Below, piece after piece: positions 49,612-59,519 of a stretch of DNA of 59,519 nucleotides. Origin of the DNA: Polyangia bacterium. GTDB lineage: Bacteria; Myxococcota_A; Polyangia; JAAYKL01. The DNA lies in the NCBI GenBank assembly GCA_050287845.1, contig JBNKCR010000016.1, positions 1-59,519 of the forward strand. The letters run 5' to 3'. A program made the position numbers and the translations under genes. The first letter of the stretch is position 1; each line of letters begins with the position of its first letter. The notes beneath the pieces were generated by a model. It did no database searches and was not told the origin of the DNA. It worked only from the letters and a program-made list of their open reading frames with translations.

Positions 49612-49743
49612 TTACGGAGTTTCGTCGTATCCAATATCCGGAGCGGTGCCATTGTGGGTGCCGGCAGTGGCGCCGTTCACATCCCAGCCCGAATCCACAC
49701 TGGCGTCGATGGCGTTGCTTCCCGAATCCAGCAGGAGGTGATA
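49612..49743 (-). pseudogene. Orphan 3' remnant of a surface-protein gene (choice-of-anchor Q-like tail)
   Basis: YHLLLDSGSNAIDASVD...APDIGYDETP*; no credible start or body upstream. Confidence 0.6.
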
Positions 49744-49778
49744 AAAAATGCGACGCCCGGATTTGACACCGGGTCGTC
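49742..49778 (-). terminator. Intrinsic terminator-like hairpin
   Basis: Minus strand GACGACCCGG-TGTCAAAT-CCGGGCGTC-GCA-TTTTTT. Confidence 0.6.
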
Positions 49779-50087
49779 TGGACTGCTCCAAAACTGAGGA
49801 ACCCGAATACGGAAGAAAGGAGGAAAACCGCATTCGCAGAATTGGACCAGTTCCGTGGTTCCCGCCACGGCCGCGCCGCAAAATACCTGAGATCGCTCAG
49901 AATCGTTCTATATTTAATTTCTCATTATTATTTTTTTTTTTCAACGGGAATTACCGGGTTAAACGTTTTTTTTTGCATTCAACCGTACAATGCTGAACAC
50001 CGGATCAGCTTCGCTCACCGGATGGCGGACTCCCAACCGGTCAAAGGAAATTTTATCTGACTGCACAAATCGGAATTGATGAAATGC

Positions 50088-51014
50088 TCAGATCGCTTCA
50101 CAGAAAACCACTTCCGCATTCTGCGGATTGATTGTTTTCCAGACAGTGGATTTTATATCGCAAAGGACAATCCCCATGCCGGGGGGAGCCGTGTGAGGAT
50201 TGATGAGTGGGTTGGCTTTTCGAATCCAGCGAACCTTTCCCGTGCAACCGATTCGGACACCACTGACACAAAGCAACTGTAGCTGGATGACATTACCAAT
50301 CGGATCCGGCGATGCGGTGTGAACAAACAGTCGATGGTTGATATCTTCCGCGTCAAAAGCGCCCTGCACCCGTTGAATGGACGGATTCGAAGCAACCCGA
50401 ACCGTGAGCATCTTCCGGATAGAATTTTTTTTCAGCAGTCTTTTTTCGCGCTCAATCTGTTTTTTCAGATAGTTGAGGGGTCGCTCATTCAGATAATGGG
50501 TGATATCCCTTGCCAACCCATTCACAAACAGATGCTCTTCATTGAGGTCGCATCCCGGTCCCGGATTGATGGGCAGATTCTCCAACTCGATATTGTCAGA
50601 AACGTCAGTGTACCGGCTGACAACCGGCAACACGTCCACGGCGTCCAGGAATACCGGTGGATGGCTCAGCAACCAGGTGTCGATGAGTTCGACTTCAAAA
50701 GACCGCAGATCGGTGAACGATATGCCCATTCCCGATGGCGTCTCCGCATTCCCATTTCTCACCTCCCGAATCCATTCCACTGTCCCCCTGGGGCGAATAA
50801 TCTTGCCATCGGGAAAATGGATGGTCACCTCCACCGGAGTGAATTTCTCCAGAAGCTGATATGTGGTGACAAAAATACCGCCATCCTGAATTCGACCTGA
50901 AAATCCCGTATAGAAGCTGTCCGGTGTGCCAGCGGCAAGAAACGTTTCCAGCTGCACCAGTTTGGCTTCCGGTCGTTGATCACATTGATTATTGGATTCA
51001 CTTTGACGATACAT
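50088..51014 (-). CDS. Tandem PilZ-like (TIGR02266-type) protein
   Basis: FYTGFS..I..GGIFVTT, GTVEWIRE, GMGISF; second GKVRWIR..PPGMGI; GGAGG RBS. Confidence 0.8.
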   Translation of the reverse strand: MYRQSESNNQCDQRPEAKLVQLETFLAAGTPDSFYTGFSGRIQDGGIFVTTYQLLEKFTPVEVTIHFPDGKIIRPRGTVEWIREVRNGNAETPSGMGISFTDLRSFEVELIDTWLLSHPPVFLDAVDVLPVVSRYTDVSDNIELENLPINPGPGCDLNEEHLFVNGLARDITHYLNERPLNYLKKQIEREKRLLKKNSIRKMLTVRVASNPSIQRVQGAFDAEDINHRLFVHTASPDPIGNVIQLQLLCVSGVRIGCTGKVRWIRKANPLINPHTAPPGMGIVLCDIKSTVWKTINPQNAEVVFCEAI

Positions 51015-51179
51015 TTGCCTCCGGGAGTGCGAACCCCTCGACTCATCGGTTCCGATGACGGACGCTCCACCTGTCGAATCGCCGGAATGTGCAAGAGCAG
51101 CAGCGCAATTGACGGCATTCCGACCCGGTCTCTGTTACTGTTACTGTCGGCGGGTACCCCGGAATATTTAACGAAAAAT

Positions 51180-52535
51180 TCACGAGATGCCGTATTCCTT
51201 GATTTTGTACAACAGTGCCCGGTGACTGATTTCAAGCAGCCGGGCCGCAGTGGTGCGATTTCCTCCGGTCTGCTGCAGGGCCTTGCGGATGAGTTCCTCT
51301 TCGACTATCCGAACTGCTTTTTTTATGGACAAATCATTGGAATCCAGTGCATTCCGCACCACGTTGTCCTTTCGCCGCAGATTGGAGGGCAAATCCGAAA
51401 GTGTTATCTGATCTCCCTCCGCAAGCACCTGGGCCCGCTCGATGACGTTCTCCAGCTCCCGTACATTCCCCGGCCAGGTATGGTTGAGCAACACCTTTTT
51501 GGCTTCATTGGTAATCCCGGTGACCCTGGACGGAAACCGATGATGATTGCGACGAATAAAGTGGTCTATCAGCAGCAGCACATCCTCCTGCCGATCTCGG
51601 AGAGGTGGCAGCTTCACCGGCAACACGTTGAGACGGTAAAACAGGTCTTCCCGGAAAGAACCGTGTTTCACCTTGTCTTCCAGGTTCTGGTGAGTGGCGG
51701 CAATCACTCTCACATTCACGCGTACGTCCTGTTGCGCCCCCAGGGGACGGAAGGTACCTTCCTGTAACACCCGGAGCAGCTTCACCTGCAACTGAAGGGG
51801 CAATTCGCCAATTTCATCAAGGAGCAGCGTGCCGTTGTCTGCCTGTAAAAAAAGCCCTGCCTTATCCGAAGCCGCATCGGTGAACGCACCCTTTTTGTGC
51901 CCGAACAGTTCGGATTCTATCAGGTTTTCCGGAATGGCCCCGCAGTTTACCGGCACCATATTTTGGTTGCAGCGGTCCGAGCGGCTGTGAATGGCGCGGG
52001 CCACCAGCTCTTTACCGGTGCCGGACTCGCCGACAATGAGGATGGTGGAGTCCACCCGGGCGATTTTTTCAATCAGCGAGAAAACCTGTTTCATCGCCCG
52101 GGAATGGAATACGATCCCATCCCGGGGAGCATCGGGGGCACTGGACGGTACCTGTGGCGCTTCTACCCGGCTCACTTCCCGTTGCAACGCCTTGGTGAGG
52201 GACAGAATAACTTCATCACTTTTGAACGGTTTGGTGATGTAATCATAGGCGCCGGCATCCATGGCTTCCCGGGCGTCATCAAGGGAACCGTAGGCGCTCA
52301 TCATGATGATTGAAACCGGTAGACCCGCGCTTCGCACTTCCCGGGTGAGGTCAATACCGTCCATCTCCGGCATGCGCACATCCACGAACGCCACATCGAT
52401 ATTCTGACCGCGAATCATTTCCAGGGCCTGTCGGCCGTTGGAGGCTGTTATCGTGTGATACCCGTTTCGGGAAATCAGCGCACTCAGGGAGATACGGAGA
52501 GATTCTTCATCATCGACAATTAATACGCGTTTCAT
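51180..52535 (-). CDS. Sigma54-dependent response regulator (REC-AAA-HTH Fis, NtrC/AtoC family)
   Basis: [64 protein letters not shown]. Confidence 0.96.
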   Translation of the reverse strand: MKRVLIVDDEESLRISLSALISRNGYHTITASNGRQALEMIRGQNIDVAFVDVRMPEMDGIDLTREVRSAGLPVSIIMMSAYGSLDDAREAMDAGAYDYITKPFKSDEVILSLTKALQREVSRVEAPQVPSSAPDAPRDGIVFHSRAMKQVFSLIEKIARVDSTILIVGESGTGKELVARAIHSRSDRCNQNMVPVNCGAIPENLIESELFGHKKGAFTDAASDKAGLFLQADNGTLLLDEIGELPLQLQVKLLRVLQEGTFRPLGAQQDVRVNVRVIAATHQNLEDKVKHGSFREDLFYRLNVLPVKLPPLRDRQEDVLLLIDHFIRRNHHRFPSRVTGITNEAKKVLLNHTWPGNVRELENVIERAQVLAEGDQITLSDLPSNLRRKDNVVRNALDSNDLSIKKAVRIVEEELIRKALQQTGGNRTTAARLLEISHRALLYKIKEYGIS

Positions 52536-52711
52536 AGGGGCATTTTCACACAACCGGAATCCCGACACAACTGATAATCCAGGGAAGGGCAGGGCTATCT
52601 TTAACTTGTTTTTTACAGGATTTCAGATAAATAGCATGCTTGGCACGATTCCTCCCGTCCCGGGAGGGGTTGGGTCCGCAATGTTTTACAGTAGTTTTAC
52701 AGGAGCTTTCG

Positions 52712-53461
52712 ATGTCGGGACATAGTAAATGGAGCAATATCAAACGGAAAAAGGGCGCTCAGGATGCCAAGCGGGGCAAAGTATTTACCAAGGTATCCAA
52801 GGAAATCACCACCGCGGCACGACTGGGTGGTGGTGATCCGACCGGGAATGCGCGATTGCGCAAAGCCCTTGATGCCGCAAGGACGGCGAATATGCCCGCC
52901 GATACGGTCGATCGGGCGATAAAAAAGGGCACCGGCGAGATTGAAGGGGTGATTTACGAAGAAATCACATACGAAGGATATGGCCCGGAGGGTGTGGCTG
53001 TGGTGGTGGAATGCATGACTGAAAACCGACAGCGAACCGTTGCGGATGTGCGTCACCTGTTTTCAAAGTTCAACGGCAACCTGGGGCAGGATGGCTGCGT
53101 TTCGTATATGTTTGACAAGGTTGGTCTGATCGAAGTGGACAAAACCGTGGCCACAGAAGACAAGCTGATGGAAGTGGCGCTGGAGGCTGGCGCGGATGAT
53201 ATTCGCGAAACCGACAGCACATTTGAAATTGTCACCCCCATGGAAAACTTCGACGCAGTGCTTGAAGCGGTAAGGAACGCCAATATTGAAACTCTCAGTG
53301 CCGAGCTGACCCGGATTCCCCAGACCACGGTAAAACTGGAAGGCAAATCTGCCGAAACCATGCTCAAACTGTATACCCGCCTGGACGACCACGACGATGT
53401 GCAGAACGTATTTGCGAATTTTGACATCGATGACGAAATTCTGGAAAACTTTTCCGGATGA
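52712..53461 (+). CDS. yebC: YebC/PmpR family protein
   Basis: [42 protein letters not shown]. Confidence 0.97.
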   Translation: MSGHSKWSNIKRKKGAQDAKRGKVFTKVSKEITTAARLGGGDPTGNARLRKALDAARTANMPADTVDRAIKKGTGEIEGVIYEEITYEGYGPEGVAVVVECMTENRQRTVADVRHLFSKFNGNLGQDGCVSYMFDKVGLIEVDKTVATEDKLMEVALEAGADDIRETDSTFEIVTPMENFDAVLEAVRNANIETLSAELTRIPQTTVKLEGKSAETMLKLYTRLDDHDDVQNVFANFDIDDEILENFSG

Positions 53462-53949
53462 TAGTGTTGGGCATAGACCCCGGCACCCGAAAAACCGGCT
53501 ATGGCGTTGTGCGTAGAGATGGCAACCGACTGACACGCATCGACTCCGGGGTGATTCGATTGAACGATAAAATCCCCATGGAAGATCGCCTGCCCGAACT
53601 GTATGACAGTCTGAATCAGATCATCGTTGCCAATGGACCGGATCAGGGGGCGATAGAATCACTGTTTTTTTCGAAGAACGCCAGCTCCGCCCTCAAGCTC
53701 GGTCACGCTCGCGGGGTCATCTTTCTGTGCATGCGGCAACACCAGCTCCCCGTTGCATCTTATGCGCCAGCTATGGTAAAGCGATCAATCATTGGCGGCG
53801 GACGTGCGGAAAAAACACAGATTCAGAGAGTGGTGGGGGCCATTCTGGGTGCGAAAACGCCGTTCCAGGAAGACGAAGCGGATGCGTTGGCCATTGCTAT
53901 CTGCCACGCAAACGCGTTGACGGTGGGGCAGCCACGACGCAGCAGTTGA
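53458..53949 (+). CDS. ruvC: Holliday junction resolvase
   Basis: [41 protein letters not shown]. Confidence 0.97.
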   Translation: MIVLGIDPGTRKTGYGVVRRDGNRLTRIDSGVIRLNDKIPMEDRLPELYDSLNQIIVANGPDQGAIESLFFSKNASSALKLGHARGVIFLCMRQHQLPVASYAPAMVKRSIIGGGRAEKTQIQRVVGAILGAKTPFQEDEADALAIAICHANALTVGQPRRSS

Positions 53950-53973
53950 ACCCGTAGCCCATGATGGCAGGAT

Positions 53974-55482
53974 ATGACCATGGATTCAAAACAGACGGAA
54001 ATAGACGCTGAAGCCATCCAGGAAGATGCGAAGATTGTACCACCGCGATTCATTGGCAGTCACCGCAATACCCTGTTTATTTCGGGCATCGCGCTGGCGG
54101 GACTCATGGGTATCGTGCTGGGCATGTTCATGGCTTCAGATCGGAACGCACCCCGGGTGATGAAACCTGCTGTATCTGCCAGAACGTCTGAATGGCTCGA
54201 TCAACCGGTGACCGATACCGCTGACATGGACACGGACGGCAATAATGGCGGGATGGCCAATGATCCGATGGCCGACCCGGATATCGCCGAAAACCAGGTC
54301 GTGGCTCAGCCGGTTTCCCAACCGGCGGTCGACTCAACCCCGCAACGCACCACACTCAAATCCGGCCAGGCCGTGGTTACCGCACTGACCGACTTGGGAT
54401 TGACCGCCGGGGACGCCCAGCTAATCATCAATGCCCTCGACGGTGTGTTCGATTTTCGAAGAGCCCGGCCGGGGCACCTGCTCGAAGTTCAGTTTGACGA
54501 AATCTCCGGCAGACCCTCCAACTTCCGGTATGAAGCTTCCAGAACGGATATTTATGTGGTGAAGCTGGAAGGGGAGACCTACAAAGGTCGCAAACTGAAT
54601 ATTGTACCGGATAAATCCATGAAAGTGTTTGCCGGAACCATTACATCGTCCCTGTTTGGTACACTCAAGGATTTGGGCGCCCATGCCGCATTGGCCGGCA
54701 AGGTTGCGGACATTCTGTCCACCCAGGTGAATTTCCTGAAGGAGCAGCGCCCGGGCGACACCTTTCGGGTCATGGTGGAAGAAGAAAGTCTGGATGGCGA
54801 ATATCTGGGATACGGACCAGTGCTCGCCCTGGAGTACAACGGGGTAAAAGCGGGACAGCGCCGACTGTTTTTCTTTCAGGAAGGTAATAATCGCGCCACT
54901 TACTACGATGAGACCCTGGTCTCCACGCCGCGCTCCGCCCTCACGCTGCCCCTGTATTATTCCCGGGTCAGTTCCCAGTTCGGATGGCGCATGCACCCGG
55001 TGCTCAAACGGCGGAAACTGCACAACGGCGTAGATTTCTCCGCCTCCCCCGGCACGCCGGTGTGGGCATGTGCCGATGGACAGATAATTTTCGCCGGAAT
55101 GAAGGGCGCCAACGGAAATCTGGTGGGTATCCAGCATGACAACGGATTGACCTCGTATTATGCCCATCTTCGACAAATCGAAAAGGGCATCCGGAAAGGC
55201 GTAACAGTGCGGCGCCGACAGGTTATCGGCTATGTAGGCAATACCGGCCGGTCCACCGGCCCGCATCTGCACTGGGGCGTCAAGCTGAATGGCACTTTCA
55301 TTGATCCCCTTAAATACAAAATCATTCCCGGCAAAAAAGTCAGCGGCGCTTATGCTGCCAGGCTTAAAGCAGTTATGGCCGAACGAAAACACGTGCTCAA
55401 CAGCACCCCCATTGAACCGCCCAAAGGGGAACTGGAGCAGGTGCCAGACAACGACTATCCGCTGGGAATGGACGATCTGTAA
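53974..55482 (+). CDS. M23 family murein DD-endopeptidase (MepM-like), membrane anchored
   Basis: TM, RMHPVL..HNGVDF, YAHL, GNTGRSTGPHLH. Confidence 0.95.
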   Translation: MTMDSKQTEIDAEAIQEDAKIVPPRFIGSHRNTLFISGIALAGLMGIVLGMFMASDRNAPRVMKPAVSARTSEWLDQPVTDTADMDTDGNNGGMANDPMADPDIAENQVVAQPVSQPAVDSTPQRTTLKSGQAVVTALTDLGLTAGDAQLIINALDGVFDFRRARPGHLLEVQFDEISGRPSNFRYEASRTDIYVVKLEGETYKGRKLNIVPDKSMKVFAGTITSSLFGTLKDLGAHAALAGKVADILSTQVNFLKEQRPGDTFRVMVEEESLDGEYLGYGPVLALEYNGVKAGQRRLFFFQEGNNRATYYDETLVSTPRSALTLPLYYSRVSSQFGWRMHPVLKRRKLHNGVDFSASPGTPVWACADGQIIFAGMKGANGNLVGIQHDNGLTSYYAHLRQIEKGIRKGVTVRRRQVIGYVGNTGRSTGPHLHWGVKLNGTFIDPLKYKIIPGKKVSGAYAARLKAVMAERKHVLNSTPIEPPKGELEQVPDNDYPLGMDDL

Positions 55483-55543
55483 CCGTTCAGTACACCACGT
55501 CGCATCGTTCGCAGCGTCGAAATTTGAAATGGAGGGACGACCC

Positions 55544-56530
55544 ATGAAAGTACTTTTTATTGGTGGTACCGGTAATATCAGCAGTGCTGTCAGCGCCCAC
55601 GCCGTTGCCTGCGGCATTGAGCTGACGGTACTCAACCGGGGAGAGCGCGACCGGGTGGCCAAAGCGCGCACCCTGACCTGCGATGTCCGGAACGAATCAG
55701 AGGTGGAGCAGGCTCTGGGCGATGAAACCTTTGACTGCGTGGTAAACTGGATTGCCTTTGAGCAGGAAGATGTGGAGCGGGATATTCGCCTGTTCGAAAA
55801 CCGAACCGACCAGTATGTGTTCATCAGCTCGGCCTCCGCCTACCAGAAGCCACCGCGCACCCCCCACGTTACCGAGTCGACACCGCTGCACAATCCGTAC
55901 TGGGAATACTCCCGGAACAAGATCGCCTGCGAAGGCCGTCTGATGGCCGCCTATCGGCAGAGCGGCTTTCCGGTGGTCATTGTCCGCCCGTCGCTTACCT
56001 ACAACACACTTTTTCCCATTGCCCTCGGGGGCTGGGGCTGTTTCACCCTGGGGCAGCGCATCCGCGACGGCAAAGAAATTGTGGTTCACGGCGACGGGAC
56101 ATCCCTATGGACCGTGACCCACGCGGACGATTTTGCCCGGGGATTTGTTCCCCTCCTCGGCAATCCCCTTACCATCGGTGAAAGTTTTCACATCACCTCC
56201 GATGAACTGCTCACCTGGAACCAGATATACGATTTCATTGGCCGGGCGCTGGGTTGTGAGGTACGTAAAGTACATGTGCCATCGGATTTTATTGTCCGGC
56301 ACTTTCCCCAGTTCGAAGGCACATTGCTGGGAGATAAAAGTCACAGCGCCATCTTTGATAACCGTAAAATCAAACAATTCGTCCCTGAATTTCGGGCCAC
56401 CATTCCTTTTTACGAGGGCATTTCGCGCACCGTGGCATGGTTCGACGCACACCCCGGGCGCAAACGCATCAATGAATCTGAAAACAGAATACTGGACGAC
56501 ATAATCACGCGGTTCAGGAAATGGGACTGA
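55544..56530 (+). CDS. NAD-dependent epimerase/dehydratase family protein
   Basis: VLFIGGTGNIS, FISSASAY, YSRNK, VRPSLTY; GGAGG RBS before ATG 55544. Confidence 0.93.
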   Translation: MKVLFIGGTGNISSAVSAHAVACGIELTVLNRGERDRVAKARTLTCDVRNESEVEQALGDETFDCVVNWIAFEQEDVERDIRLFENRTDQYVFISSASAYQKPPRTPHVTESTPLHNPYWEYSRNKIACEGRLMAAYRQSGFPVVIVRPSLTYNTLFPIALGGWGCFTLGQRIRDGKEIVVHGDGTSLWTVTHADDFARGFVPLLGNPLTIGESFHITSDELLTWNQIYDFIGRALGCEVRKVHVPSDFIVRHFPQFEGTLLGDKSHSAIFDNRKIKQFVPEFRATIPFYEGISRTVAWFDAHPGRKRINESENRILDDIITRFRKWD

Positions 56531-57512
56531 CGGTAATCACATTTCCTTCGGTGTGACTTTTAATTCGCCGGATAGACTGGGACAGGCGAATGATATATCG
56601 CAGTCCCTTTGACGTTCTGATGCGACGGACGCCCAATACCCGGTCGTCATCGCCCACCATCTGCTCCGGACTCCTATCGGACTCAATGACCCCATGAACA
56701 TCCACCACCAGCCCGGGCGGATCGGCCAGGGGATACGCACGGACCCCTTTGGCTTCAGTTCCCGTAAATACATAAAACGGATTGTAAAATGCGGCCGATG
56801 ATGCCGGGGATGTTCCGGAATTCCCGCCACCTTCCGCAGGCACCCCGTTTGCCGTCAACCCGGGCGACATCCGGGCCAGTATCTCGCTGCTATCCGGTAT
56901 GTCCTCCTGAGAAAAGATTCCCGTTGCCACGGCCAGTCCCGACACGCCAGCCCCCAGCAGAAACAACAGAAACACGCTGCTAATCCATCGGAAATGCCGC
57001 CGGAACTGCATTGGAGGCTCAATCCGGACCCGCGCCGGATTCAAAAATGACATTAACGATGCGAAAATTCCCAAAAAACCGCCAATCATACCACCTGTGG
57101 CCCCCTGGTCCATCTTCGCACGGACGAGGATTTTACGCACAAAGGGCCCTGTAACGCGTTTCAGTTTCTGATAGGTCTTCCATCTGAGGATACACTGCAA
57201 CTTATGGGCGACAGTGCTCCCCAACCTCCGAAGAACTGGTCTGGTCGCCGGCCAGATGCGGGTTCGCGTCCACCAGCCGACCTCAATCAGAAACCGGCGT
57301 AAATACGCACCAACCGGTATTTTTCTGGTGGCGACCAGAACAGGGCCGACCAGTACGGCCAACCCGAACAGAGATCGCCGCAGAACATCGTGAATCAGAA
57401 CCGCTGCGCGCTCCAACCGCTCCCGGAGCAGCTGGATGGGATTGGTCCTGACCTTTATCCGACGATTCTTTCTTTTTCTGGCGGGACTGGGTCGTTTTTC
57501 TCTGTTTTTCAT
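56514..57512 (-). CDS. Membrane protein with basic N-terminus and C-terminal AMIN-like domain
   Basis: ATG 57512 (start uncertain); TMs; YPLADPPGLVVDV..VRRI..LRYII motif. Confidence 0.65.
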   Translation of the reverse strand: MKNREKRPSPARKRKNRRIKVRTNPIQLLRERLERAAVLIHDVLRRSLFGLAVLVGPVLVATRKIPVGAYLRRFLIEVGWWTRTRIWPATRPVLRRLGSTVAHKLQCILRWKTYQKLKRVTGPFVRKILVRAKMDQGATGGMIGGFLGIFASLMSFLNPARVRIEPPMQFRRHFRWISSVFLLFLLGAGVSGLAVATGIFSQEDIPDSSEILARMSPGLTANGVPAEGGGNSGTSPASSAAFYNPFYVFTGTEAKGVRAYPLADPPGLVVDVHGVIESDRSPEQMVGDDDRVLGVRRIRTSKGLRYIIRLSQSIRRIKSHTEGNVITVSPIS

Positions 57513-57793
57513 GTGCACTCTCTCCAACAGCCGGGCCCGGGACTGGCCCACAACTGGGTTTGTTTCTCTATAAATGTAATTCATTGTGGTTTGTTTGTCT
57601 ACATTTAGGCACATTTCAACAGAATTTCCCGTGACTTTATTTTCAGAAAAAAGGGACACCTTTGAAACAGCGCATCGGAAGCCAACCCTATAAATGAAAA
57701 GGTGCCCCGGTTGACCAGAATTTTCCAGTTGATATATAGAGAGCCCATCTTCGCTTTTATATTGCGGCGTGGGTCTGAAAGGCAGTCGATCAG

Positions 57794-59242
57794 TTGAATT
57801 TTCAAAGGGACATACTGACACCCTCATTTACGGTAATATGCGTTTCCATCGCAGTTTTTGGCGCATGTGGTGAAGAATCCGTGGTGCTGAATGACCATCC
57901 CCCCTCTGCCATCGAGGTGGCAACGGAGGCAGTCGAAGAGCAGACACCGGAAGATTTACCGCTGCCGGCATTTACTGAACTGACAGTTCGGGAATTTCTG
58001 TCCACCTGGCTGCAGGCGCGAAAGAACCGGGATTTTGATACCTATGCCACTCTATACGCCACCCGGTTTGACGGCATTGATTACAGTGGTGACGCACCCG
58101 TACGTTTTGTCCGGGAGCAATGGCTGAACGCGCAGGAAGGTCGTTTTTCAACTCCCCAGAATCTCGAGGTCACCCGGGACCGGTACAATCTCATTCCAGG
58201 GGGCGCATTGGTGATTCTGAAAGAAAAGAAAAAAGACGTCAATGATTTGCAGACGTATCAGCGCGAACTGTTGCTGATAGCCGAAGATGGAAGGCTCAAG
58301 ATTGCCAGAGAACGGCTGCTGGATGAGCGATTTCCCCTGAATACGGAGAAAAAGCGGCGGCGACATAAATTGCTCAGGGACTTTTTTTTCGTGCTGGACA
58401 ATCGCTACGTGGTCTTTGATTCCAGCGATATGGAAAAGGATGGCGCCCTGTATGTGAACGATACCACTGCCCTGAAACGGGCGCGAAAAGAGTCTTTGCC
58501 AAAGGCCTATCGCAAGCTGCTCAAACGGAAATTTGTTGTGGGATATGCCGACGGTTCCACCTCAATCACGGCGATTACCGACACCCGCGCCATCGCCAAA
58601 TATGCGGTACACAACGCCATTGAATCTTACTGGAAATCCAAAGGTCTGTCCGAAGTCGAAATGGGTGAGCTGCTATGGGAACTGGCCTCCGGAGCCGGGT
58701 CGGTATATCTGGTGGGTATATTGAAAAAAACCGGAAAACAGGCGCTCTGGGCATATCCGGTAGCCCCACGAACCCCCGAAATCTACGAAAGCAGAAAACT
58801 CGACCGCGCATATGTGAAGAACATCCGTCATCGATTTGAGAAGTACAAAACTTCAAAATTCATTCAGCAGAATTTTGAATCGTTCGGACTGGAAGGACCA
58901 TGGATGAGCTATGAGTCCACCGCCCGCGCCAGACTGTTCAAGAGCCCCAGGGGAAATCGCCGATATGCAACGGTATCCATTTCTGCCGGAAAGGGCTGCG
59001 GTGGATTTTATGGATATCTCCAGGGGTTTTTTCATATGCAGAAGGGCGTCCTTTACAATATGGGGTTGCCCCCCCGGGGATTTCAGGATTCCTTTATTGA
59101 TGACAGAGACGTGATTCAGGCCATCGACATTGATCACGATGGTATCCCGGAGTTCGTTGCACCCCATAAACTCATGTATAAAATTGACGATGACTGGTAT
59201 ATTTACGAACTGAAAATTCCCGGAACAGACTGGCCCTGTTGA
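57794..59242 (+). CDS. Putative lipoprotein with NTF2-like N-terminal domain
   Basis: FGAC lipobox; FLSTWLQAR..DFDTYATLY..F, EDGRLKIARE; DIDHDGIPE near C-term. Confidence 0.7.
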   Translation: MNFQRDILTPSFTVICVSIAVFGACGEESVVLNDHPPSAIEVATEAVEEQTPEDLPLPAFTELTVREFLSTWLQARKNRDFDTYATLYATRFDGIDYSGDAPVRFVREQWLNAQEGRFSTPQNLEVTRDRYNLIPGGALVILKEKKKDVNDLQTYQRELLLIAEDGRLKIARERLLDERFPLNTEKKRRRHKLLRDFFFVLDNRYVVFDSSDMEKDGALYVNDTTALKRARKESLPKAYRKLLKRKFVVGYADGSTSITAITDTRAIAKYAVHNAIESYWKSKGLSEVEMGELLWELASGAGSVYLVGILKKTGKQALWAYPVAPRTPEIYESRKLDRAYVKNIRHRFEKYKTSKFIQQNFESFGLEGPWMSYESTARARLFKSPRGNRRYATVSISAGKGCGGFYGYLQGFFHMQKGVLYNMGLPPRGFQDSFIDDRDVIQAIDIDHDGIPEFVAPHKLMYKIDDDWYIYELKIPGTDWPC

Positions 59243-59357
59243 TATCATTCCCCGGAAATCCCAAAATCCAGATAAAACAGGTCTGTCACCGACATGGAAT
59301 CGACAATAATATTTTCATTCTGTTTCAGAACTCTGTTCCGGAGCCCACCGTTTCCCG

Positions 59358-59519
59358 TAAGGACAGTGGTCGAAATAAAATTGCCAACATGGCATTTGCT
59401 GCGCCGGACCGGCAAGGCGCGAGGAGCGGAACATACCGGGGTATGCGACCGACGAGCAACGAAGTCGGGCGGGATGCAGCGGAGGCAAGGTGGCAATTTT
59501 ATAATGATCACTGTCCTTA
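59358..59519. mobile_element. MITE-like element with ~45-bp imperfect terminal inverted repeats
   Basis: Left TAAGGACAGTGGTCGAAATAAAATTGCCAACATGGCATTTGCTGC vs reverse complement of right end TAAGGACAGTGATCATTATAAAATTGCCACCTTGCCTCCGCTGC; TA at both termini. Confidence 0.8.

Noticed and set aside
52640..52656. TTGGCACG as sigma54 promoter for yebC
   Set aside because: The -12 GC element is missing (CC at that position).
54421..55824. 467-aa minus-strand ORF
   Set aside because: Antisense to M23 peptidase and epimerase, no motifs.

Overview
Core-chromosome segment of a bacterium that looks like a Myxococcota/deltaproteobacterial lineage (AgmK/GltI-like giant TPR protein, TIGR02266-type PilZ, Cys-rich and Asp-Thr/Asp-Ser-repeat lipoproteins, Hanks kinase). 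Housekeeping content: tRNA-Ser(TGA)-Ser(GCT)-Arg(ACG), murB, lptC-like/lptA/lptB, HU, ftsB-like, rnpB (RNase P RNA), argS, yebC-ruvC, M23 peptidase. Both window ends are mobile DNA missed by the ORF track: the 5' part of a RAYT/Y1 (HUH) transposase with REP-like palindromes on the left, and a ~160-bp MITE with ~45-bp terminal inverted repeats on the right. Best candidates for undescribed systems: (i) a tightly linked operon of ECF sigma, ZAS anti-sigma/DUF4384, exported caspase-like protease with a beta-barrel-like tail, and a Cys-rich vWA-like lipoprotein (25923-30385), and (ii) an isochorismatase::TrxR-like flavoprotein fusion coupled to an RlmN/Cfr-like radical SAM enzyme lacking the resolving cysteine (31356-33985). 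Also a candidate anti-SD small RNA, an orphan gene remnant, a perfect 24-bp palindrome, and an unlisted rubredoxin. No CRISPR array or rRNA seen. All family calls come from motif recognition by eye; no database search was run.
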